Assembly: GCA_963721165.1 (NCBI GenBank)
Contig: CAVRIE010000009.1
Span: forward strand, 19,800-83,799
DNA length: 64,000 bases
Direction of reading: 5' to 3'
Source of the DNA: an uncultured Actinomycetota bacterium
GTDB lineage: Bacteria > Actinomycetota > Actinomycetes > Propionibacteriales > Nocardioidaceae
Shown: positions 1 through 9,265 of the stretch, in pieces
Position numbering within the stretch: position 1 is the first letter of the stretch
How the letters are laid out: the number at the start of each line of letters is the position of its first letter
The notes under the pieces: model-generated
Seen by the model: the letters and a program-made list of their open reading frames with translations, nothing else
What the model was told of the DNA's origin: nothing
The model's database searches: none
Program-made: the position numbers and the translations under genes

Positions 1-1
1 G

Positions 2-253
2 GCGCTGCGCATCTCTGCCGAGACGCTCTACGTCCGGGCCGGCATCCTCGACCCGAACGACGCGCAGGTCCGGTCCGTGGAGCTGGCGATCCTCGCCGAC
101 CCGGGGCTGACCGAACGGCAGAAGCAGTCGCTGTTGGACGTCTACCAGTCTTTCCGCGCAGCCAACGGCACACCGGTCGAGCCAGTCCCCGGCTCGGCCG
201 AACCAATCACTCCCGGCGTGGACTCGGATGACGCCGGGGACAACAGGAGGTAA
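2..253 (+). CDS. XRE-family HTH transcriptional regulator, C-terminal part (Rv0474-like), truncated by window edge
   Basis: Frame from base 2 reads ALRISAETLYVRAGILDP...LTERQKQSLLDVYQSF to TAA at 251-253; lies upstream of hbhA and DUF2516 homologues as in mycobacteria. Confidence 0.8.
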   Translation, partial: ALRISAETLYVRAGILDPNDAQVRSVELAILADPGLTERQKQSLLDVYQSFRAANGTPVEPVPGSAEPITPGVDSDDAGDNRR

Positions 254-257
254 GCAG

Positions 258-914
258 ATGGACGTCAAGAAGATCGACGCAACCCGCCCGTTCTACGCCG
301 TTGTCGGCGCCACCGACCTCGCGGTCGAGTACGCCCGCAACTACACCGCGGACGTGCAGGCTCGCTTCGCCAAGCTCGAGCTCGAGCCCAAGGCCCTGGG
401 CGACCAGGCCCGGACGGTCCTCACCGCCCGCATCGACGAGCTGAACAAGGACGCCAAGGGCGCCCGCAGCAACGTCGAGACGCGCGCCAAGGAGGCTCGC
501 AGCACGGTCGAGACGCGCGCCAAGGAGGCCCGCGAGCAGATCGAGCAGTACCTCAACGAGATCGAGTCGTACCTGAACGAGACCGCTTCTGACGTCACCG
601 AGACCTACGGCGACCTCGCGGAGCGTGGCCGCAAGCTCGTGGCGCGGATCCGTCGCCAGCAGGCCACCCAGGACGCCAAGGCCGCGACCAAGAGCACGGT
701 GACGAAGGCCAAGACCGCCCGGACCCAGACCAAGAAGTCCGCGAAGGCGACGGCCGGCACCGCCAAGACCGCGGCGAAGTCCACCTCGGCGTCGGCCAAG
801 AAGACCGCCGGCACCGCGAAGACCAGCGCCAAGAGCACCAGCACGGCTGCCAAGAAGGCTGCGGACGCCGGCACCAAGGCTGCCTCGGACGCCGCTGACA
901 AGGTCGGCGACTGA
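258..914 (+). CDS. hbhA: Heparin-binding hemagglutinin (HBHA)-like protein
   Basis: AGGAGG at 245-250, ATG 258; N-terminal PFYAVVGATDLAV, coiled-coil centre, Lys/Ala/Thr-rich C-terminal repeats; synteny. Confidence 0.75.
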   Translation: MDVKKIDATRPFYAVVGATDLAVEYARNYTADVQARFAKLELEPKALGDQARTVLTARIDELNKDAKGARSNVETRAKEARSTVETRAKEAREQIEQYLNEIESYLNETASDVTETYGDLAERGRKLVARIRRQQATQDAKAATKSTVTKAKTARTQTKKSAKATAGTAKTAAKSTSASAKKTAGTAKTSAKSTSTAAKKAADAGTKAASDAADKVGD

Positions 915-934
915 CCTCAGGTAGTCCCATTCAG

Positions 935-964
935 CGAAGCCCCCGCCGAACGGCGGGGGCTTCG
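935..964 (+). terminator. Intrinsic terminator hairpin after hbhA
   Basis: cgaagcccccgccg-aa-cggcgggggcttcg perfect inverted repeat followed by tctcgttt. Confidence 0.8.
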
Positions 965-1012
965 TCTCGTTTGGGGAAGGGGCGCTGTCGTGCGAACGCG
1001 TAAGATCGACCT

Positions 1013-1300
1013 GTGCCGTTCGTCCTCGACATCCAGAACTCGATCCTCCTGGTCGCCACCCTCGCGCTCTTCGCGCTCGAGGCGTGGGCCTTCATCGACG
1101 CCGTCGCGCGCCGCCCCGAGGAGTTCCAGGCCGCCGACAAGCAGAACAAGAAGTTCTGGCTGATCATCCTCGGCATCGCCCTCGTGGCGCACATGCTGAT
1201 CTGGCACCCGATCAACATCCTCAACATGATCGGTGCGGTCGCCACGATCGTGTACCTGGTCGACGTACGTCCTGCGCTTCGGTCACTCACCCGACGCTGA
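1013..1300 (+). CDS. DUF2516 family small membrane protein (Rv0476-like)
   Basis: AFIDAVARRPEEFQAADKQNKKFWLIIL and VYLVDVRPALR motifs; synteny with hbhA. Confidence 0.85.
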   Translation: MPFVLDIQNSILLVATLALFALEAWAFIDAVARRPEEFQAADKQNKKFWLIILGIALVAHMLIWHPINILNMIGAVATIVYLVDVRPALRSLTRR

Positions 1301-1434
1301 ACCGCCGCTTCGGGCTGGTCTGAGCCTGTCCGGGCCAGCTGAGGCGATATATCCCGTTTCACCGAAACTGCCGGTCTCGCGCGCTTACCCTTCTTTGGGG
1401 AAGGAACGCCGAGGCTTGTGGGAGGTGGGTCGGC

Positions 1435-2875
1435 GTGGCGGAAAGCAACCGCGTCCGGCGTCACATCTCGCGCCTGCTTCTGGCCGTAGCGGCGGCCGAC
1501 CTGCTGGTCGTTTCGTCGGCGATCCTGGTCGCCTGGGAGCTGCAGGCTCAATCTCGACCTCGGTATCTGGGCAGCCGACGCTCGCCCCTATGAGGCCCTG
1601 TCGAGCACATTCGGCCCGTGGATCGCGCTTGTCTGGATGGCGCTGCTGTTCCTGCAGGGTGCGTACACCAGCCGCAACTTCGGCGCGGGGCCGGAAGAGT
1701 TCAAGGTCATCCTCATGGGCTCTCTGCTCTCTGCCGGTGCCGTGGGGCTGTTCTGCTACCTCGCGAAGATCGACCTCTCCCGCGGCTTCCTCCTGCTGAC
1801 CTTCTTGCTCGGAATCCCGACGCTGCTGACGGAGAGGTACGTCGCACGAAAGCTCGTCCACCGCGCCCGTGCGCGGGGGCGGCTGCTCCGCCGGGTCGTG
1901 GCGGTCGGAGGCCCCCTCGACATCGCCGAGCTGGTGACCGTGCTCAACCGCGAGCGAAACGCCGGGTTCAGCATCGTCGGGGCATGCATGCCGAGCGGCA
2001 TCACTGTGGATCCCGAGCAACTGCCGGTGCCGCTCCTCGGCTCCGTGGCCGACACGCGTCGCGTCTGCGAGGAGCAGGGAGCGGACACCGTCCTCGTCGC
2101 GCGGGGCGGCTACTCCTCCTCAGCGGATCTCCGGCAGATCGCCTGGGACCTCGGCGACTCGCAGATCGACCTCGTCGTTGTGCCGTCCCTGACGGATGTC
2201 GCCGGCCCGAGGATCCACATGCGGCCGGTCGGTGGTCTGCCGCTGCTGCACGTCGAGGGCCCTCAGGCGACCGAGGCGGGCGGGCTCGGCAAGCGGCTCT
2301 TCGACGTCCTCGGCACGTGCGTCGTACTCCTGCTCGCGACTCCGGTCATGCTCGCCGTCGCCCTCGCCATCTGGCTGGAGGACCGCGGGCCGATCCTGTA
2401 CCGCCAGCTCCGTATCGGTCGCGACGGACAGTCGTTCGACTGCCTGAAGTTTCGCTCCATGTACGTTGACGCCGACGGGCTGGAGAAGGAGCTTCGCGAC
2501 CTCGTCGAGCACGATGGCGCCCTGTTCAAGCACCCCCGCGATCCTCGTGTCACGAGGGTCGGGAAGTTCATCCGGAGGTACTCCCTCGACGAGCTGCCCC
2601 AGCTCTTCAACGTGCTTCTCGGGGAGATGAGCCTCGTCGGGCCACGCCCTCAGCAGGTGTGGGAGGTGGAGACCTACACCGACTCGGCCCGTCGCCGGCT
2701 GCTGGTGCGGCCGGGCATGACCGGCCTGTGGCAGGTGTCCGGTCGGTCGTCGCTGAGCTGGGACGAGGCTGTCCGGCTCGACCTCTACTACGTCGACAAC
2801 TGGTCGATGCTGACCGACCTCGTGATCATGACGAAGACCGTCAAAGCCGTGCTGTCCACGAACGGCGCCTACTGA
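1435..2875 (+). CDS. Polyprenyl-phosphate glycosylphosphotransferase (sugar transferase, WcaJ/CpsE type); +1 frameshift near 1542
   Basis: C-terminal KFRSM, DPRVTRVGKFIRRYSLDELPQLFNVLLGEMSLVGPRP, RPGMTGLWQVSGRS, LDLYYVDNWS; RBS GGAGG 1421-1425 and GTG 1435 give an N-terminal TM segment that joins ORF 1637..2875 after removing one base. Confidence 0.9.
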
Positions 2876-2940
2876 GCCTCCGCGCGCGGCGTCCGCGGCT
2901 CGTTGGTTTGGTGTGGCCAAGTTCTGGCTACTTCGCGGGC

Positions 2941-3985
2941 ATGGCCCGCCTCCGCACCGTCTCGCCCAACAGCTCGGGCTGGACACGACGCCGCTCCGGC
3001 AAGGGGTTCGTCTACGTCGACGCCTCCGGTGCGCGGCTGTGCGATGAGGACTCAGAGCGCTGCAAGGCGCTGGTGATCCCTCCCGCGTGGGAGGAGGTCT
3101 GGATCTGCCCCCAGCCCAACGGCCACATCCAGGCGGTCGGGCGTCGACGCGGCGGGTCGGAGGCAGTACCTCTACCACCCCGAGTGGCGCGTCAAGCGCG
3201 ACAAGATGAAGTTCGACCGGGTCGCCGAGGTCGCGGCGATGCTGCCCAAGGCGCGGGCGGCGATCCTCGAGCACATCGCCCTCGACGGCATGCCGATGGA
3301 ACGGGCGGCAGCGACCGCCGTACGCCTCCTCGACCTCGGCTACTTCCGGATCGGGTCCGACTCGTACGCCGACTCCAACGGCAGCTTCGGGCTGACCACG
3401 CTGGAGAAGCGGCACGTGCGGCGCTCGCAGGGTCGGCTGGTGTTCTGCTTCATCGGCAAGTCGGGGGTCGAGCACTGCATCGAGATCGACGACCCGCTGG
3501 CGGTCTCGGCCGTGGAGACCATGCGCCGGCGACGCGGCGGAGGGGACCGGCTGCTGGCGTACCGCGACGGCCGGCTGTGGAACCCGCTCGATGCTGTCGC
3601 GGTCAACGGCTACCTCCGGGACACCACTGGGGCCGAGATCACCGCGAAGGACTTCCGGACCTGGCACGCCACCGTGCTCGCGGCCGTGTCGCTGGCCTCC
3701 TCGGAGGAGCCGGGTGAGTCCAAGGCGTCGCGCAAGCGGGCGGTGCGGAACGCGATGGTGGAGGTGTCGGAGTACCTCGGCAACACCCCGACCATCGCCC
3801 GCAGCTCCTACGTGGACCCCCGCGTGATCGACCTCTACGAGGACGGTACGACGATCGCCTCCGCCGTACGCCGTTCGTACGACTCGCCTGACGAGCGGCA
3901 GATCGCCCTGGAGCGAGCGGTGCTGCGGATGTTGCAGGAGGACGCGGCCTCCTCGGAGCGGGCAGCACGTCGCAAGGCCGCCTGA
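2941..3985 (+). CDS. Bacterial DNA topoisomerase IB; frameshift near 3140
   Basis: IPPAWEEVWICPQPNGHIQAVG joins VDAAGRRQYLYHPEW after removing one G; FRIGSDSY, FIGKSG, KDFRTWHAT, LGNTPTIARSSYVDP. Confidence 0.9.
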
Positions 3986-4172
3986 GGCGCTCTCGGATTG
4001 TCGAACTGGACCCCGGGCTAACGGCCGTTGCGCCAGGATCGGTAGCTTTCGCGTTCATCGGCGGGAGGGCCGCGCTCGGCAGCAATCTAGAGGTGTGCCG
4101 AAGTCGGTACACACGAGACGAACGGTGCTAAGGCATGGAACGTCAAGGCGACCTGTGTACGCCCGTGATGCC

Positions 4173-4841
4173 CTACGTCGCGTTGCCGCACGACGTGGCC
4201 GAGTGGATGGGCATGGATCGAAGCCGCGGCGCCGCTGGCGGTTGCCCGGTCGGAGATACTAGCTCCACGGCTCGCGCGGCGTAGGTCTCGGCCACCGCCG
4301 CGTGGCTCCGCCGCCGGGGCTCGGCGGGCATCAGGATCGTGCTCAGCATCCGGCGCCGCCGTCCGGGCTTCGGCTCGTTCTCCAGGCGCGGCCGCAGCAC
4401 CTCCACCAGGTCGGCGATGAGCTCGTCGGTCTCCTCGTCGGAGAGGTACATCGCGGCGAACCGGTAGCCCACCCGGTCACGCGCCAGGTCGACGTCGCCT
4501 TGCGCGAGGTACCGGTCGAAGTCCGCGAGCCGGCCGGTCATGAAGGCCACGAAAGCCTGGCTGTGCTGCTCCGGCGTCATGGTGCGCTGCCTCTTCGCCG
4601 CCGAGGACGACGTTCTCGCTCTTCACCCGGTAGGTCCGCTCGAACGTCCCGCGCACCTTGCGCTCCTCCACCACCTCGAGCGCGCCGCCCTCGAGCAGCG
4701 TCGCGATCTGGCGGTAGAGGGTCGCCGCGGGATGTCCGGCAGCTCCTCGCGCAGCTGGGCCGTCGTCAGCTCGCGGTTGCCGACGAGCGCCTGGAGGATG
4801 CGCATCCGGACGGGATGGAGGATCAGGTCGGTGGTGCCCAC
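4173..4841 (-). CDS. ArsR/HTH_20-like transcriptional regulator; frameshifts near 4728 and 4590
   Basis: Pieces LILHPVRMRILQAL...TTAQLREELPDIP + ATLYRQIATLLEGGALEVVEERKVRGTFERTY + MTPEQHSQAFVAFM are colinear across three frames. Confidence 0.75.
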
Positions 4842-4939
4842 GGGCTGCCTCGTTCTCAGGATTGACGTACGCTCCGTCGACGTCGTTCGCTGACGGCCTC
4901 GCGCCGCGCGGGACTGCGAGCACCGGGGCGCGCAGTCCG

Positions 4940-5305
4940 CGCGCGGCGCGCGAAGCTCAAGGCCACGACGACGATGTCGCGCGGCTCAACCTGGCGCGCG
5001 TCAACGCGAAGTGGTTCCGCGAGTACCTCGCCTACGACCCGGCCGACGACCTGCCCAAGATCGACGTGCCCGTTCTTGCGCTTACGGGGACCAAGGACCT
5101 CCAGGTCGACCCGGCTGACCTTGCGGTCGTCGCCGACCGGGCGGCCGGTCCGGTCGAGACCCATCTCGTCGAGGACCTGACGCATTCCCTGCGTCGGCAG
5201 GCGGGCGCGCCGTCGCTCTCGCGGTACAAGCAGGAGGTCCGCGAGCCGGTGGATGCAGAGGTCGTCGCGATCGTCCAGGGCTGGGTGAAGCGCTACATCG
5301 TGTGA
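4940..5305 (+). pseudogene. C-terminal fragment of an alpha/beta hydrolase
   Basis: YDPADDLPKIDVPVLALTGTKDLQV (acid) and LTHSLR (His) present; no nucleophile GxSxG region and only about 100 bp between it and the divergent regulator. Confidence 0.6.
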
Positions 5306-5351
5306 GATCCAGCTCTGGTGGCTTCTCGGCCTGGGGACGGATGTCGGAAAC

Positions 5352-5373
5352 TGTCGGTGGCCTCTCGTAGATT
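5352..5373 (+). promoter_or_regulatory. RecA-NDp / PafBC-type DNA-damage promoter
   Basis: TGTCGGTG-(8 nt)-TAGATT matches the tTGTCRgtg-N8-TAnnnT consensus. Confidence 0.75.
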
Positions 5374-5378
5374 CGTAT

Positions 5379-5394
5379 TCGAACAGGTGTTCGA
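5379..5394. promoter_or_regulatory. LexA (SOS) box
   Basis: TCGAAC-AGGT-GTTCGA, exact actinobacterial consensus, between the -10 and the RBS of the HNH gene. Confidence 0.85.
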
Positions 5395-5410
5395 GCGACA
5401 GGAGGCGTCG

Positions 5411-6950
5411 ATGGATCCAAGTGGCACAGACACGATGACCCGAGGGGCTCCGCCGGGCGATGGTGGCGCGCAGCCGGGATGGTGGTGCGCAGCCGGGCGA
5501 CGACGGGGTGGAGGTCGCGAAGGGGGAGAAGCGCCTTGCGGATCGGATCCTTCTCGACGACGCTCTCGAGGCGATGGTCGCGGAGAACCGGTCCCGGGCG
5601 ATGCGACTCGATGCGGTCAGCGAGTTCCACGCGCGCCGGGTGGCAGAGGCGGAGACGCGAGGGTCCGGTGCTCCCGGTTTCTTCGTCCTGACTCCGCTGC
5701 AGGCGACCAAGGTCGAGTTCTGCCCGCTCCTCGGCATCGGTGAGCTGATGTTGCAGTTCGACCTGGAGCTGACCGACGGTCTCAAGCAGTGGTTCCCGCG
5801 CCTGTGGCGCCGCTGCATGAAAGGTCGGCTGGACATCGGCCGGGCAAGGCTCGCCTACGACCAGCTGCAGAACCTGACCAACGACGCCGACAAGGCGGCC
5901 TTCGCGGAGCTCATCGAGGAGATGTTCGACCGGATGGACGATCCTGCCTCGCCGCTCTACCCGGTGAGCCGCACGACGTTGCAGCGCGCGATCCGCCGCA
6001 GGTGCTTGAAGTTCCCGCAGAAGAGCGAGGACGACAACTTCGGCGAGGCGTTCAAGAAGCGGCGGGTCAAGCTCGAGACCGACGAGAACGGCATGGGAAG
6101 TCTGAGCGTGAGTACGGCGGTGCACGATGCCATGACCGCCGACTACCGCCTGACCCTCATCGCCAAGAAGCTGGGCGAGGCCAAGGGCGAGACCCGCACC
6201 CTCGACCAGCGCCGCGCCGACGTGTGCATCGACCTCATCCTGGGTCGTCTGACCGTCGGAGCGACCGACGGTGAGCTCGAGGATGACAGCACGGGTGGTG
6301 GGGACGACCCAGCGGAGACCTTCGAACGCAAGCCCGTAGGCAGGTTCGCCCGGCCGATCATCAACGTGACCGTCCCGATCACGACACTGATGGGCCTGAG
6401 CGACGAGCCCGGCGTGATGGCAGGTGGCACGTCCCTCCCGGCGGACGTCACGCGGCACATCGCGACGGACCCGGACGCGACGTGGTACCGGCTCCTCACA
6501 GACCCGGCCGGCGGGTTCCTGGAGCTCTCGACGACGAGCTACACGCCGACCGATGCCATCTGGCGATGGACCGTCGCCTGCAACCAGAAGTGCATCTGGC
6601 CCGGATGCTGCCGCCCGGCGACGGTCATCGAGCTGGACCACCGAATCCGGTTCCCGCTCGGGAAGACCTCGACATGCAACCTCCAGCCGCTGTGTCGCCG
6701 ACACCATCACGTCAAGCACTCGGAGGGCTTCTCGGTCGTACTCGAGGCCGACGGGTCCTACACGTGGACGAGCCGGTTCGGGAGCACCTTCCGGACGCCG
6801 GCGCCGGAGTACCCGATCGCGGTGTGGCCCGAGGACGTGCCGGCGCCGCCCTCGGCCGAGGTGGTGGAGGCGGCGGCCAAGGTCGATCTCGCGTTCCGCT
6901 CGATCGTGGAGCGGGAGTTCGAGGCGGTGATCGTCCGGTGTCACTCCTGA
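5411..6950 (+). CDS. DUF222 (13E12 repeat family) HNH endonuclease-domain protein; probable frameshift near 5480
   Basis: RTLDQRRAD, C-terminal CIWPGC...ELDHRIRF...NLQPLCRRHHHVKH; RBS GGAGG 5401-5405 before ATG 5411; main ORF 5460..6950. Confidence 0.85.
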
Positions 6951-6984
6951 CCAGGCTCCGAGCCGTTCGAACGATCCTTGCTCG

Positions 6985-7050
6985 CGAGCTCGCCAGAGGT
7001 CGAGCGCGCCAGAGGTCGGCGGCGCCCGTCGAGATCGCCAGAGGCCGAGC
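6985..7050 (+). repeat. Short 16-bp repeats cgagNNcgccagagg (3 copies)
   Basis: Copies at 6985, 7001 and 7030. Confidence 0.6.
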
Positions 7051-7072
7051 ACGCCGTCGTAGAGTCGCTGGT

Positions 7073-7558
7073 ATGGAGCTGACGGTCGTCGAAGGAGACA
7101 TCACCCAGCAGAAGGTGGACGCGATCGTGAACGCCGCCAACGAGCGCATGCGCGGTGGCGGTGGGGTCGACGGCGCCATCCATGGCGCGGGTGGACCCGC
7201 AATCCTCCAGGACTGCATCGAGCGCTTCCCCGATGGGCTGCCCACCGGTGAGGCGGGCTGGACGACTGCCGGGAACCTCCCCGCCAAGTGGGTCATCCAC
7301 GTCGTCGGGCCGGTCTACGGCGACGGGACGCGGGACCAGCTCGTCTCCTGCTACGCCAACGCGCTCCGCGTAGCCGACGAGTTAGGGGCACGGTCGGTGG
7401 CGTTCCCGCTGGTCTCGGCTGGCGTCTACGGCTGGCCCCGAGAGGACGCGATCCGCGCGGCGGTCGACACGATCCGCGGCACGCCGACCGCTGTCTCAGA
7501 GGTCCGACTCGTGGCGTTCGGGCGTCCGACGTACGACGCCATGCAAGCCGCCCTCTGA
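7073..7558 (+). CDS. Macro-domain protein (O-acetyl-ADP-ribose deacetylase, YmdB-like)
   Basis: VEGDITQQKVDAIVNAAN..MRGGGGVDGAIH, VIHVVGPVY, SVAFPLVSAGVYGWP; TAGAGT -10 six nt upstream suggests a leaderless transcript. Confidence 0.92.
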   Translation: MELTVVEGDITQQKVDAIVNAANERMRGGGGVDGAIHGAGGPAILQDCIERFPDGLPTGEAGWTTAGNLPAKWVIHVVGPVYGDGTRDQLVSCYANALRVADELGARSVAFPLVSAGVYGWPREDAIRAAVDTIRGTPTAVSEVRLVAFGRPTYDAMQAAL

Positions 7559-7721
7559 TCGGACCGAACGGCTCATCGTTCCCAGAGCACCGGATTACCC
7601 CATTCTGAGGGTGTTCCCCCTACGTCCGGGCTTTACCGTCGAAGAGTCCACAAGACTTGCAGGGGGGCTGCGGGTGATCGATGCCTATCCCGGTGCGCGG
7701 GCGCCGGAGGGGAAGTGCACG

Positions 7722-8941
7722 ATGCGGTCCACATCTGGTCGCCGCACCCTCCGGTCCGCGGTGTCGGTCGGCCTCGCCGTTTTCGTCGTCGGTGTCACGA
7801 GCGCTGCCTACCCAGAAGGCAACGAGAACTCAGGCTCATCATCGACAGCCTCGAACGGCTCCGCCGGCAACTCGTATATCGATGGCACCCAGCCCGGCGG
7901 CGACCTCCAAACGACTGACGGCACACCAACCGGGGAACAGCCAACTGACGGGGTGTCGCCTCCGGATGTGTCTCCACCGGTCGTGGCTCCACCGGTCGTG
8001 TACTCCGCCGGTCGTGTCTCCGCCTGTTGTGACTCCGCCTGTTGTGAGCTCCGCCGGTCGTGTCTCCGCCTGTTGTGACTCCGCCGGTCGTGTCTCCGCC
8101 TGTTGTGACTCCGCCGGTTGTGTCGACCACGTCCGACTGGAACCTCAATTTCACCTACGGCACGACCAACAACGGTGTCACCACGAACGACAGTTTCAAC
8201 AACGGCAGCTTCTGCAACGGGTCGTCCTCGGACTGTCGGTGCAACGACAGTTCTCACTGTGACGGCTCGAGCTGGCGGTGCGATAGCGGGAGCTTCTGCA
8301 ACGGGTCGTCCTCGGACTGTCGGTGCAACGACAGTTCTCACTGTGACGGCTCGAGCTGTGGGTGCGATAGCGGGAGCTTCTGCAACGGGTCGTCCTCGGA
8401 CTGTCGGTGCAACGACAGTTCTCACTGTGACGGCTCGAGCTGTGGGTGCGATAGCGGGAGCTTCTGCAACGGGTCGTCCTCGGACTGTCGGTGCAACGAC
8501 AGTTCTCACTGCGACGGCTCGAACTGCCGGTGCGACAGCAACAGCGCGCACTGCGACCACTCGAACTGCCGTTGCAACAACGACAATCACTCGTCGGACG
8601 GCAACTGCGGCTGCGACCGGGACACCGGCAACTCGACGGTGACGATATCGCCGGTCGCCACCCCGACAACGGTGCCCGTCACGGTGCCTGTCACGACGCC
8701 GGTCACGGTGCCTGTCACGACGCCGGTCGAGACGACCGTTCCGGCGGCTCCCGTGGTGACCCAGGCCGCCGTGCCGGCCGTCGTGGCAGCTCCCGTGGCA
8801 GCGCCTGCGCCCGCGGCTGCCCCGAGCCAGGGGACGCTGCCCAGGGTGGGTGCCGACTCGAAGGATGACCTGTTGGCCTTCGGAGGTGCCGCGATGCTGC
8901 TCACGGGGATCGTGCTGCTGCGGCTCCAGAGAAGGACCTAA
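7722..8941 (+). CDS. Secreted Cys-rich repeat protein with LPxTG-like (LPRVG) sorting signal; two +1 indels in the VSPPV repeats
   Basis: Signal peptide MRSTSGRRTLRSAVSVGLAVFVVGVTSAAY; Pro/Val repeats; Cys-rich repeats; Thr/Pro/Ala stalk; LPRVG + hydrophobic helix + RLQRRT. Confidence 0.8.
7953..8119 (+). repeat. 15-bp tandem repeat encoding V[S/T/A]PP[V/D] x11
   Basis: gtgtctccgcctgtt / gtgactccgccggtc units; two units are 16 nt (7998, 8044). Confidence 0.9.
8204..8539 (+). repeat. 84-bp tandem repeat x4 encoding GSFCNGSSSDCRCNDSSHCDGSSCGCDS
   Basis: Unit starts at 8204, 8288, 8372, 8456. Confidence 0.95.
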
Positions 8942-9002
8942 GAGCTGGCGCCGGCCGCTACCCAATCCCACCCGGCCGGCGCTGGGATACCTCCCAAGGA
9001 AA

Positions 9003-9038
9003 GTGGGCGGCAGTCTCTCAGTCGAGACTGCCGCCCAC
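9003..9038 (+). terminator. Terminator hairpin, copy 1
   Basis: gtgggcggcagtctc-tcagtc-gagactgccgcccac, 15-bp stem. Confidence 0.8.
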
Positions 9039-9265
9039 GGTTCGTTGTGAGGGTGCGGTGGACGGTCCCCCAAGCGACCGACGCCCACGCGTCTTTGGTG
9101 AAGACGGTGAGTCTGGCCTTCCCGCACCAGCTCGGAACTACCCGATTTTGAGGGCGCCTTTACTTACTTCGCGCTTTAGCGTCCCACAGGCAAAGGAGGC
9201 TTGCGCGGAGCTGCGTGCGAGCGACGACGATCCCGGCTCATTGTGCCGGAGGGTGGAGAAGCGTC

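Noticed and set aside
3990-4170. Small RNA in the lower-GC gap after topoisomerase IB
   Set aside because: Only a short imperfect hairpin (gtgtgccga..tcggtacac); no recognisable RNA family features.
7073-7558. DarG antitoxin of DarTG
   Set aside because: Single short YmdB-like macrodomain with no DarT neighbour.
8204-8539. CRISPR or non-coding array
   Set aside because: The 84-bp units are in-frame coding repeats inside a protein with a signal peptide and a sorting signal.
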